This document shows, piece after piece, positions 8,175 through 16,922 of a DNA stretch of 42,107 bases. How positions within the stretch are numbered: position 1 is the first letter of the stretch; every line of letters starts with the position of its first letter. The translations under genes and the position numbers were made by a program. Source of the stretch: a virus; the IMG/VR virus record IMGVR_UViG_3300002460_000068. One strand, given 5' to 3'. Below the pieces are notes generated by a model. It ran no database searches. It saw only the letters and a list, made by a program, of their open reading frames with translations, and was not told where the DNA came from.

Positions 8175-9938
8175 TTATTTTGCTAAACTAAGAGTTATGT
8201 TATTACCAGATTTTAACCCACTGCCTCTTAACAATGCTTCAACCCCTAACGTTCCAAGAGATTGCCTCATAGCTATAACTTCCGATACTTTCGCTCCGTA
8301 AACTTGAGCAGCCATTTCCGCGCTCAAACCAGTAAGACCAACAAGGTCATCCATCATCCCTTTATCAACTCCCAAACTATCCTGCAAGGCTTGATATTGA
8401 GTTGTTCTCGCTAATTCAAACCTTCTTTGTTCAATTTCAGCGGATACTCCGCTTTCAGTTCGCGCTAATTGTTCTTTCATTTTAGCTTTTTCCGCTAAAT
8501 GTTCACCCGATCCATAAACACCGGCTAAATTATAAGCGGCGTCTAATTCTTTCTCGGCATTAGCATAACTTTCTCGTGTCCTTCGTAAAGTAGCTTGAAA
8601 ATATTCGTCATTCGCCGTTGGATATAGGTCAGTGGGTTTAGAACTAAGAATTTTCGATAATTCAAGTTGGGCCTGTTGACCAACTGGAGTTAATGCGCCA
8701 TTCCCAGAACTTAACTTACTTTGTAACGTCGTAAAATCTGCTGGAAGTTGATACGGCGCAGGTGATGGCGTCAACATAGAAGCCCCTAAAGACCCAGCCC
8801 CTAAAATATTCATTGGATTAGTCACGAATTCTCCAACCTTCTCTCCAAAAGTAGGAACTTTTTTTGCTGTTTCTGTCCCAACATTTTTAGCGGCAATAGC
8901 CGCGGCATCAGCTACCGTTGAAACTCCACCTGTCCCAGCAGGAACATTTGGGGGAGTATTGACAGTAGGCATTAAAGACATTGGAGCATTAGCTGTTGAT
9001 GGTATGGCAGTTGAATTAGGGATTGGTTGACCCAAAATATTCCCTTGCTGCCCTGAAGGTAAAGACATCATAGACGTTGATGTTGGAACTGTTGGCCCAG
9101 ATGGCGGAGTATATGGACTAACGTTAGGACTTATTGGGCTACCTAAAATATTCGGGGCAGTAAATCCCATCCCCGTTACACTTGGGCTTGGAATAGGTGC
9201 TTTTGGCGGTAATAATGACATGCTTCCTGTATTTACAACGCCAGCAGGGGTATTTGCCCCGTACCCTGGAGTATTTGGGAGCACAGGCCCTTTTGGAGCG
9301 GCAGGAATAGCCCCCGTAATCCCCGTCCCAACTCTTTCGAATCCAGTTAATCCTGGAGTTGCTGAAGCTAAATTCCCTGACCCTAAAAGTGGATTTGTTG
9401 CGATTGGATGGAGTGCGCCTTCGATCGCTCCACCAGCAATACCACCCGCTTTAGAAAGAAAGCCTGGTGCAGCTGCCTTTCCTCCTGCAATAGCTCCCCC
9501 GCTAGCCGCACCCTGTACTGCCCCACTAGCCGCCGCGCCTAAAATATCCAATGGTTTGCCAGCTTCCCCTAATTGTTCGGGATGATTAGATTTTGCGTAT
9601 TGATCCATTCCAGCGTTAGCCGCCGCACCTACCAAAATACCGCTTCCTGGAAGAATGAAATTTGCGACTGCACCAAGAATAGCAGGAGCAATACTCCTTA
9701 AAACCCCACCCTTTTTATGCATAATCCCATATTCGTCAGCGTGATCGCCATTTTTTTCAATAAGATGGTTTACTTCATGGGTTAAAGTTTCAAGATTCCA
9801 TTCTTTATTTCCCGTGTCTCTGACAAAAGCCAAGTTTTTGTGAGGGTCAGCAATCCCAAGAGAATCTGAAATTCCACTGTAAGGTAAAGTAGCCCATTCT
9901 TTTTCGTTTAATACTTGTACCGTGAATTTTTCTGCCAT
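8175..9938 (-). CDS. Internal virion-like protein with N-terminal HExxH motif and long G/A/P-rich region
   Basis: THEVNHLIEKNGDHADEYG carries an HExxH zincin-type motif. It is followed by about 300 aa of Gly/Ala/Pro/Ser-rich low complexity and a helical C-terminus. Confidence 0.45.
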   Translation of the reverse strand: MAEKFTVQVLNEKEWATLPYSGISDSLGIADPHKNLAFVRDTGNKEWNLETLTHEVNHLIEKNGDHADEYGIMHKKGGVLRSIAPAILGAVANFILPGSGILVGAAANAGMDQYAKSNHPEQLGEAGKPLDILGAAASGAVQGAASGGAIAGGKAAAPGFLSKAGGIAGGAIEGALHPIATNPLLGSGNLASATPGLTGFERVGTGITGAIPAAPKGPVLPNTPGYGANTPAGVVNTGSMSLLPPKAPIPSPSVTGMGFTAPNILGSPISPNVSPYTPPSGPTVPTSTSMMSLPSGQQGNILGQPIPNSTAIPSTANAPMSLMPTVNTPPNVPAGTGGVSTVADAAAIAAKNVGTETAKKVPTFGEKVGEFVTNPMNILGAGSLGASMLTPSPAPYQLPADFTTLQSKLSSGNGALTPVGQQAQLELSKILSSKPTDLYPTANDEYFQATLRRTRESYANAEKELDAAYNLAGVYGSGEHLAEKAKMKEQLARTESGVSAEIEQRRFELARTTQYQALQDSLGVDKGMMDDLVGLTGLSAEMAAQVYGAKVSEVIAMRQSLGTLGVEALLRGSGLKSGNNITLSLAK

Positions 9939-9939
9939 T

Positions 9940-10260
9940 TTAAATTCTCCTTTTTTTATTCCATCTTCTGTATCTAATAAATTTTACGTTTAGGAATGTT
10001 TTAAAGATATGGGCTTTAAATTTTCCCCAATTATCAAAAGATATTCTTGAATTCTCTCGACTTTTATCCGTTAAAAATTGCGCTATATAAAATATTTTTC
10101 CATCTGGCTCATCATCTAACACCGCCCACGGGTCAGCTTCTACGTATTTATTTTCATCATTCGTAAGGTAGAATGTTATAAACCCCCGCATTTTCCCGTC
10201 AATAATGATAGGCATTAGCCTACCCTTATTTAACATTTCTGAATAATATTTTTTGTTCAC
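9940..10260 (-). CDS. Hypothetical protein
   Basis: 106-aa ORF tightly packed in the tail module. Confidence 0.45.
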   Translation of the reverse strand: MNKKYYSEMLNKGRLMPIIIDGKMRGFITFYLTNDENKYVEADPWAVLDDEPDGKIFYIAQFLTDKSRENSRISFDNWGKFKAHIFKTFLNVKFIRYRRWNKKRRI

Positions 10261-10862
10261 TATACAAGCTGTTCAAGAGTAAGGTAAAGATTGTATTTTG
10301 GACTTCCAGCCCCGCCGGTTATCGTCGCAGTATAAGTTATCCCCGCCGCCGCTGAATTAAAAAAAGCGTTCCCTGTCGCCCCATTATTTGTTGAAGTTAA
10401 AGTAATATCCGACGCCGGCGAAAGAGTTTTCGCGCTCACTGCGTCCGTCCAACTTATCAGTGTATTAAGTGTTCCTGCCGCACCGGCAGTATGACAAATG
10501 TGGTATACATTTATTTTAAATAATCCCGCCGCCGCTGGGGTATAAAGCGTCGTTGCCAAAATATCCCCAGCCTGCGCAGTCAACTGCGCCGTTGCTACAA
10601 TCGTTGAATGAGCCAACCCCGAAGTATTCCATTCTAAATACTGCCACGTTGAGTTTACGTCATCATAAAAATATAATCTTCTAACCGTACCGGAAATATA
10701 TAATAAATGTTCCCCCCCCTCCCCCGTCCACGTCGGAATATCAGTAGATACCCTCATCTGGTATCTACCCAAATTAACGATATTTTTTACGTCATTAACG
10801 AAATCAAGAAGGTCTGTCTCTTTTCGGAATTTAGCTGAAAATGAAAAATCTTCAATTTTCAA
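10260..10862 (-). CDS. Tail-associated protein (beta-rich)
   Basis: 200 aa with a T/A/G/S-rich C-terminal half typical of fibre or receptor-binding-type proteins. Contains a G8 homopolymer (C8 on the plus strand at 10712-10719). Confidence 0.4.
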   Translation of the reverse strand: MKIEDFSFSAKFRKETDLLDFVNDVKNIVNLGRYQMRVSTDIPTWTGEGGEHLLYISGTVRRLYFYDDVNSTWQYLEWNTSGLAHSTIVATAQLTAQAGDILATTLYTPAAAGLFKINVYHICHTAGAAGTLNTLISWTDAVSAKTLSPASDITLTSTNNGATGNAFFNSAAAGITYTATITGGAGSPKYNLYLTLEQLV

Positions 10863-10863
10863 T

Positions 10864-13551
10864 TCAAACCACCGCCCTTGTTTGCACGTCTTGCCCTAAC
10901 GGGTTTCCATATAAATCAATCCCATAAATTGTCGGAGCAGGGTTAGATGAATTATCTTTTATTTTAATTTGAAACATGTTTTCAACTGTCCCAATATCAA
11001 ATAATGTTGTTCTCCCAAACGCTAATTCGTCATTATGGTCATAACTAAATGTTTCCGTTTCCGACCATGATACATTCCAATCAAAACGATATTGAAGATT
11101 CATATCTAACGTTGAACCAAAGGTTATTTCTTTATAATTTATTCCAAGCTGAAGCATTCTCATAGCTAAACTTACCAACGTTGGTTTGATTTTTCCTGAA
11201 ACCCAATACGCGTTTATGTTAGAACCATTATCGGAATTTCCACTTTCCATTTGAAACAGATATCCTTCCCGTCCAGCCGCATATAAAATTTTAGCTTTAT
11301 TTGTGGACATAACATAAATTGAAGAATTAAATATCTGTCCATCATACGGATAAATTCCTCCCGTTCTATAATCAAGGACAAAAGCATAATTTACTGATGT
11401 ATCGCTCCCCAAAACACAATAAAGAATGTATTCATAAGAATCTTGTTTGACTACGGCATGGAATAAATCTGAATAGATTAAGTTTATATCAGAAAAACTT
11501 AACGGCTGGTCATCGGCGGACGCGAAAAGGTCATTTGTCTCTTCTGATAAATGATCACTCAAAATTTGGAGACCATATCCATCAAATATCGCTATTTTTT
11601 TATCTGTCGTAATAAAAATTAAAACTGTCCCTATTTCACCACCCATATCAACTTCTTTAATTGAATAATGAGCTGGCGTTCCTACTCCTAAAACTTGATC
11701 AACTTGAAAAGTCGGGTTAGAACCAAGATAAGTTACCCGATGGACAGAATACCGTTTAAAAACATAAAGTTTCCCTTTTAATATCCTTACTCCAGTAATA
11801 ATATCTCCGTCATTGGTGTCAAAATTAAGAGTATTGCTCGCTCCCCAAGCTGTATAATCTGAAAGAGTAGAATATCGCCCTTGATTTGGACTACCTCTTA
11901 TTCCAAAAATAAAAGAATAGTTTTTCCATATAATAAAAAATTTACCTAACGGAGCAGCTGAAACTACCGAAGCGTTTCCTGTCCCCGTGTATGTGTAAAG
12001 TCCAATATCCGTATTTATTAACGCTCTCCCTGACTGCCAATCCCCAAACGTCCAGTAACGAGACGAAGTAATTGCTAAAATGTCCGCAGAATATGCCGCT
12101 GTTGGAGGAGTAAAATTTGCCGTATAACGGGCTATGCCTTTAGAAATTCGTATCTCATCCATCCATCCATTTAGATATTGAGAATTTGCCGTATCTGCGC
12201 CGATTAGCAAAGCAGCGGAAATATTTGGGATAGAAGTTGAATCAGTCGTTGAACCTAAGCTTACTCCATCTATATAAGTCGTAAATACTCCGTTATATCT
12301 TACTAATGCTACGTGATACCATGTATTTGTCGAATGCGTCCATGATTTTGCATGTGAAATTACAGTTGCACCATTTTCCATTGTAAATGTAATAATATTA
12401 CTTGTAGTTGCCAATCTCCAGTATGGATTTCCTGCCGCAGTTTGACATATAAATATTTGAGTTCCAGACGTTGAATTAAATCTTACTTGAAAATCAAGCG
12501 TAAAATCGCCTGTATCGAAATACCAATCATCACTATCTGAAACAGTTACATAATCACCAGTCCCATCAAATAATATAGAAGCCGTTCCAAATTTTTTTTG
12601 AGCAGTATCTAGTTGAGCATCTCCAACCGCCGTTACGGGTTTTCCTATTTCATCAGTAATTGTAGTAGAAGCATCTGTCCCGTCTCCATGAAGCATTAAT
12701 TTCGTATAAGAATCCCATGCCGCCCCCCCGCCAATCGCGTCCCATACCCCATCCGGCGTTCCTACCACGTTTTTATCCATTCTATACAACTGTGTGCCAA
12801 ATATTCCTAAAAGCATATTTTTAGAAGAAAAATCGAATAAGGCTTCTCCATCATCCCCACGAATCCCATCCGTAATATAAACTTCAAAACAAGCGTCATG
12901 AATTTCAGTTGTCCACGTTGTCCCATCATAAACGCTCATTGTCCCATCTGGATAAATTATGTCGTAATTATCCGCTCCCCATAAAATATAATTTGAACTG
13001 CTTATTGTAAACGCGCCACTTAACACAAGATGATATTGAGTGCCTGCGGTTAAAGAAGGATTTGTCGCGAAGGTGAAAGTTACCCAAGCGTAACTTGTAG
13101 TAAGGGTATCTGAAATATCAACGGCAGTAGCTGTCCCATTCGTTACGGCTGAACCAGAAGGGAGTCCTGAAGAATTAGTTTGGATTGTAAGCGTGATTGT
13201 ATCTGTTCCTGCTGGAGTGCCTGTATTTTTAAGCCATAACCTTATTTTTGTAACTGGGCCGGAAGTATTGCACTTAAAGCCTTGTGAGATTTGAGTGTTA
13301 GAAGCGGTATCTCTTAAACTATGATCTAATGTTTGATATCCCGGGGGATAAAATACATCTAAATTATCCGTTTCAACTGGCGTTGAATTGATTTTTGAAA
13401 ATCCCCCTCTTTTTATAAGACGATTGATAGACCCCGCGCAATGAAAATTCCTCATATTGGGACTTTTATTAAGCCCCATTTTAATAATCGGAGTTTTAGT
13501 ATCTTGCCCCCCCGACCAGTCATCTATGACCGCTATAGCTTGACGTATCAA
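10864..13551 (-). CDS. Large tail protein (tail tubular B/nozzle position) with LamG-like jelly-roll insertion
   Basis: 895 aa. The central segment LMLHGDGTD...ILFDGTGDYVTV..DFTLDF.VRF....WYHVALVRYNG.FTTYIDG...LLIGAD....YLNGWMDEIRISKG matches the Laminin_G_3 (concanavalin-like) signature. Size and position match T7 gp12-like proteins. Confidence 0.55.
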   Translation of the reverse strand: MIRQAIAVIDDWSGGQDTKTPIIKMGLNKSPNMRNFHCAGSINRLIKRGGFSKINSTPVETDNLDVFYPPGYQTLDHSLRDTASNTQISQGFKCNTSGPVTKIRLWLKNTGTPAGTDTITLTIQTNSSGLPSGSAVTNGTATAVDISDTLTTSYAWVTFTFATNPSLTAGTQYHLVLSGAFTISSSNYILWGADNYDIIYPDGTMSVYDGTTWTTEIHDACFEVYITDGIRGDDGEALFDFSSKNMLLGIFGTQLYRMDKNVVGTPDGVWDAIGGGAAWDSYTKLMLHGDGTDASTTITDEIGKPVTAVGDAQLDTAQKKFGTASILFDGTGDYVTVSDSDDWYFDTGDFTLDFQVRFNSTSGTQIFICQTAAGNPYWRLATTSNIITFTMENGATVISHAKSWTHSTNTWYHVALVRYNGVFTTYIDGVSLGSTTDSTSIPNISAALLIGADTANSQYLNGWMDEIRISKGIARYTANFTPPTAAYSADILAITSSRYWTFGDWQSGRALINTDIGLYTYTGTGNASVVSAAPLGKFFIIWKNYSFIFGIRGSPNQGRYSTLSDYTAWGASNTLNFDTNDGDIITGVRILKGKLYVFKRYSVHRVTYLGSNPTFQVDQVLGVGTPAHYSIKEVDMGGEIGTVLIFITTDKKIAIFDGYGLQILSDHLSEETNDLFASADDQPLSFSDINLIYSDLFHAVVKQDSYEYILYCVLGSDTSVNYAFVLDYRTGGIYPYDGQIFNSSIYVMSTNKAKILYAAGREGYLFQMESGNSDNGSNINAYWVSGKIKPTLVSLAMRMLQLGINYKEITFGSTLDMNLQYRFDWNVSWSETETFSYDHNDELAFGRTTLFDIGTVENMFQIKIKDNSSNPAPTIYGIDLYGNPLGQDVQTRAVV

Positions 13552-13566
13552 TTTTTTTACCTTTTA

Positions 13567-14271
13567 TCAATAATCGTTTATCATTATTCCGCGAGATTCA
13601 TTTATTGGGATTACAGGCCGACCTAATCGAGAAATTTCCCCTTTTCCCTTATCATCAATTTTATGCATAGCATTTAAAATTCTCATAGCTTTCATTTCCC
13701 AAGTCGTCATCCCTTTTTCATCCCCTTGTTTCCCTAATAAATCAGATACAGCAAGATAAACAATGGCTAATTGAGACGATGTATCTGGGATTTCAGGAAC
13801 ATCAGTATCTCCTGACAATTCAATGACTTTTTTTATATAATCATAACTGATCGTCGTGTATTGACTAACGAAAGACCCTGAAGGCCGAGGGGAGAATTGA
13901 ATTTTTTGAGTTCCATCAACTTTCGTGATACGGCAAAATGAAGGAGTCCCGTCGGTATCGTTATCGCTTTTTTCCGCCCACTCATCATCATCTTCAACAT
14001 CAATAGGAATTCTATTCCCATTGGAAATATACCAGCATGAAAGAATATGATCGAAATTTGAAGTTAAAGTATATGCTTGAGTTGAAGCTGTTGGAGTAAT
14101 AGTCGATTCACGTTTTAATTGTTTCCAATCCCGTAAAGTTGAAATTAAACGCAATGCGTCGTTTGCCGCCCGCTTTGCTTTTGTGTCTGCGCTTGTAACC
14201 TTATTGATATTGGCATAATCTTTAATTCGAGTATAAATATCGCTGAATTCTAATCCAAATGAAACGCTCAT
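13567..14271 (-). CDS. Tail tubular A/adaptor-position protein
   Basis: 234 aa, directly upstream of the large tail protein. Called from gene order only. Confidence 0.35.
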   Translation of the reverse strand: MSVSFGLEFSDIYTRIKDYANINKVTSADTKAKRAANDALRLISTLRDWKQLKRESTITPTASTQAYTLTSNFDHILSCWYISNGNRIPIDVEDDDEWAEKSDNDTDGTPSFCRITKVDGTQKIQFSPRPSGSFVSQYTTISYDYIKKVIELSGDTDVPEIPDTSSQLAIVYLAVSDLLGKQGDEKGMTTWEMKAMRILNAMHKIDDKGKGEISRLGRPVIPINESRGIMINDY

Positions 14272-14280
14272 TTTTACTCC

Positions 14281-14724
14281 TTATAAGGTATCAGCCACTT
14301 CTCTTATTTTTTTTGCCAATTCGTTCAATTCAAAAACTTTTCCCTTCAATTCCGCTGTCTGTATAACCAAATTTTTTTGTAAACCATCATTCGACTTAAT
14401 GAGGTTTTCAGCTTCTTTAATTTTTTCATTTAAAATTAAAACCTTTTCAACTGCCTCCGCTTCTTTTAAATTAGCGGCTGTCAATTTTCGTTCCGCGAGA
14501 GAAACAATCTCCCCTGCTTCTTCCTTAGCTTTAAAAACAACATCTTTTGATTTTTTTTCAATTTCTATTTGTTCCTCTATCAAATCTGAAATCCGCTTAG
14601 ACGCTAAATTATTTTCCTGTATAAGTTTAGATTTCTGCCCTTCAAGTTTTGATACTTCTTTTTGAAGATATTCGCTGTCAGCTAAATATCTTTGTTCATC
14701 CGGCGATAATAAAATTTTAGCCAT
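14281..14724 (-). CDS. Coiled-coil protein
   Basis: 147 aa, K/E/L-rich heptad-like sequence throughout. Confidence 0.45.
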   Translation of the reverse strand: MAKILLSPDEQRYLADSEYLQKEVSKLEGQKSKLIQENNLASKRISDLIEEQIEIEKKSKDVVFKAKEEAGEIVSLAERKLTAANLKEAEAVEKVLILNEKIKEAENLIKSNDGLQKNLVIQTAELKGKVFELNELAKKIREVADTL

Positions 14725-15008
14725 TACTTTTCTCCTTTTTTAGGCCTTCCTCGTCCCCTTTTCAATGATTCTATTATTGGAGTAAGGATAGTTTCACGTG
14801 GAACATCAACATTTTTTATGGGTTCTTCCGTTTTTTCTTCTTCCATCACAATTTCAAAATGCACCCTGTTAGGCAGACTAAAGATGTAATCAATCACCTT
14901 TTTTTCTTTGATATCCAAAGTCCAATTATTATCTTTCGTAAAAAAATAGTCTTTCCTTGCAAAACATATTTCGCCTTGATTCCTCCCCCCGACATACCTA
15001 ATTTTCAT
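14724..15008 (-). CDS. Small protein with C-terminal AT-hook-like motif
   Basis: 94 aa ending in KRGRGRPKKGEK (GRP-core AT-hook). Confidence 0.45.
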   Translation of the reverse strand: MKIRYVGGRNQGEICFARKDYFFTKDNNWTLDIKEKKVIDYIFSLPNRVHFEIVMEEEKTEEPIKNVDVPRETILTPIIESLKRGRGRPKKGEK

Positions 15009-16108
15009 AAAAACAAAGACTCCTTTTCTTTATTATAAATCCCAAGCAACCCAAACAAAATGATCGCTGTCCCCGCTAATCTCGGATAATCCATGAAACT
15101 GTATCCTACCCCCACTATCGCCAAAATTAAACAAGAAGAAAACAACGCTTTTCCAAAGTTATCGTCCATCTTTACTTTAAAAAAATTGTCTTTAAGAAAC
15201 AGAAAAATAACTATCAGGCCGCCAACACCAAGCCAATGAGTAACATCAAAATAAATACTATATGAATCGGTATATATTTTTTTTTCTAAATCATGCCCAA
15301 TATATTTAAAAACATTAAACCCGTATCCTGTAACCCAATGTTGGCTGATCGTTTTTAACGATTCTCCCCAAACATCAAAACGAAGAATAAATTTATGAAA
15401 ATTTTTTATTAAAACCAAAAAACAAGCTGCTGCAACGCAAATCAAAATTGAATTACTAAAAATTTTATTTCTAAAAAAATAAGCCATCCCAATTATCGCT
15501 GGGATTATAGCAGTCCCAGACTTAGACAATAAAAGGCCAATCATCGGGACAACCATTAACCAGGGGTTCAACGCATAACATATCGGCATCGCCAACGCTT
15601 GATATATTCCAAGATGTGTTTTATATCCCATCAACCCAATTACCTCATGCGTAGGGGATGGATGATAAATCAAATGGATATTCATCGCTTGTAAAACGGC
15701 AAACCCCGTGTTTAAAGACGCTACGATAGCGATTGCAATAAAAACTTTTTTAACGCTTTTTTGGTCAAAACAAACGGATACAAGATAAAAAAGTAAAAAA
15801 CCTAAAAAAACGATTAAGAAAGAGTTGATTGTTTTTGGATGGGAATACACATTAATAAACGCCAACAACAAAAACCATTTTATGTATTCATCTTGATAAA
15901 GTCTTTTCGGATTATCAAATAACGAAATGATACTTAAAAAAAATATTCCATACATAAAAAATTGGACTTGGAATAAATTTATACTGGAACTGAAATACCC
16001 GAATTGATACCACTGAAGAGCGGCAATCGATAACACGCTCGGAGATAAAAAAAGGATTGGCGATAAAAAAAGAAAAGCTATTAAAAAAGGATTAAACATT
16101 ATTCCCAA
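15005..16108 (-). CDS. Polytopic membrane protein, O-antigen ligase/polymerase (Wzy_C)-like
   Basis: 367 aa with about 10 predicted TM helices. A loop plus the motif ..GYGFNVF......YFDVTHWLGVGGLI.. resembles the Wzy_C/WaaL family arrangement. Confidence 0.5.
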   Translation of the reverse strand: MGIMFNPFLIAFLFLSPILFLSPSVLSIAALQWYQFGYFSSSINLFQVQFFMYGIFFLSIISLFDNPKRLYQDEYIKWFLLLAFINVYSHPKTINSFLIVFLGFLLFYLVSVCFDQKSVKKVFIAIAIVASLNTGFAVLQAMNIHLIYHPSPTHEVIGLMGYKTHLGIYQALAMPICYALNPWLMVVPMIGLLLSKSGTAIIPAIIGMAYFFRNKIFSNSILICVAAACFLVLIKNFHKFILRFDVWGESLKTISQHWVTGYGFNVFKYIGHDLEKKIYTDSYSIYFDVTHWLGVGGLIVIFLFLKDNFFKVKMDDNFGKALFSSCLILAIVGVGYSFMDYPRLAGTAIILFGLLGIYNKEKESLFL

Positions 16109-16455
16109 TTTAAAGTTACAAATCCGTTCGTAACGGTCAAATATAATCCCGTCGTAAATGGAATCGGCTTGTTTGTATAATCTTTGAATTGACTATTACC
16201 AGAAGTCGCCTCTGACCCTTCGGATTTTACGTTTACAGGATCATCCGTAGCTACGGTATATGAAGTCCCGTCATAAATAATAAAATTTCCATTAGCCGCG
16301 GTAGCGATGAAATTAACGGAATAAATTTTTCCATTACCTGTCTTAATTAACTGACTGGTCTTATAAGTCGCTATAGTTGAGTTATCTCTATCAGCAAAAA
16401 CAAACGCAGGGAAAAATAGCGTAAACATAAAAATAAAATAAAATATTTTTTTCAT
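16099..16455 (-). CDS. Secreted small beta-rich protein (signal peptide), paralog of 16513..16905
   Basis: The Sec signal is MKKIFYFIFMFTLFFPAFVFA. Shared blocks with 16513..16905 are GKIYSVNFIATAANGNF/GTLYRISGFAADANATY and IPFTTGLYLTV/IPFVDGLIIMT. Confidence 0.6.
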   Translation of the reverse strand: MKKIFYFIFMFTLFFPAFVFADRDNSTIATYKTSQLIKTGNGKIYSVNFIATAANGNFIIYDGTSYTVATDDPVNVKSEGSEATSGNSQFKDYTNKPIPFTTGLYLTVTNGFVTLNWE

Positions 16456-16469
16456 TTATCCCCTCACTT

Positions 16470-16500
16470 AAAAAAGGGGAAGGGTAATTTACCCTTCCCC
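16470..16500 (-). terminator. Rho-independent terminator (minus strand)
   Basis: Perfect 11-bp stem ggggaagggta/tacccttcccc (16476-16500) with a 3-nt loop. On the minus strand it is followed by T6 (plus-strand A-run 16470-16475). It sits just after 16513..16905 and the capsid gene. Confidence 0.8.
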
Positions 16501-16512
16501 TAATTATTAGAT

Positions 16513-16905
16513 TTAATCATAAACAACGTGCACTGTCGCCGTTGAAGTCATAATAATCAAACCATCGACGAACGGAATTCCTTCTTCTCCAAAATCAAAA
16601 GTAGGAAATGAATCATATTGCGTAGCTTCCCCTCCTTCGCCTAGAACGTTCTCTTTGGTACCCTGTGTTGACGCGCCATCTATCCCGACACTGCTCGCGT
16701 CATGCACAGAATAAGTCGCGTTTGCGTCTGCGGCAAACCCGCTTATTCGATACAAAGTCCCGCTATGAGACGTAATAACTTTGTTTTCATCTACCGCGAC
16801 TCCTGATTTCTTTTTTTTGGTTCTGGTTGAATCAGCATTAACATTTAAAGAAATTAAACTGAATCCAACCATTGCCATAAAGAATAAAACAATTAACTTT
16901 TTCAT
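16513..16905 (-). CDS. Secreted small beta-rich protein (signal peptide)
   Basis: The Sec signal is MKKLIVLFFMAMVGFSLISLNVNA. Paralogous to 16099..16455 and lies immediately downstream of the major capsid gene. Confidence 0.6.
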   Translation of the reverse strand: MKKLIVLFFMAMVGFSLISLNVNADSTRTKKKKSGVAVDENKVITSHSGTLYRISGFAADANATYSVHDASSVGIDGASTQGTKENVLGEGGEATQYDSFPTFDFGEEGIPFVDGLIIMTSTATVHVVYD

Positions 16906-16922
16906 TTTGTTCTCCTTTATGA

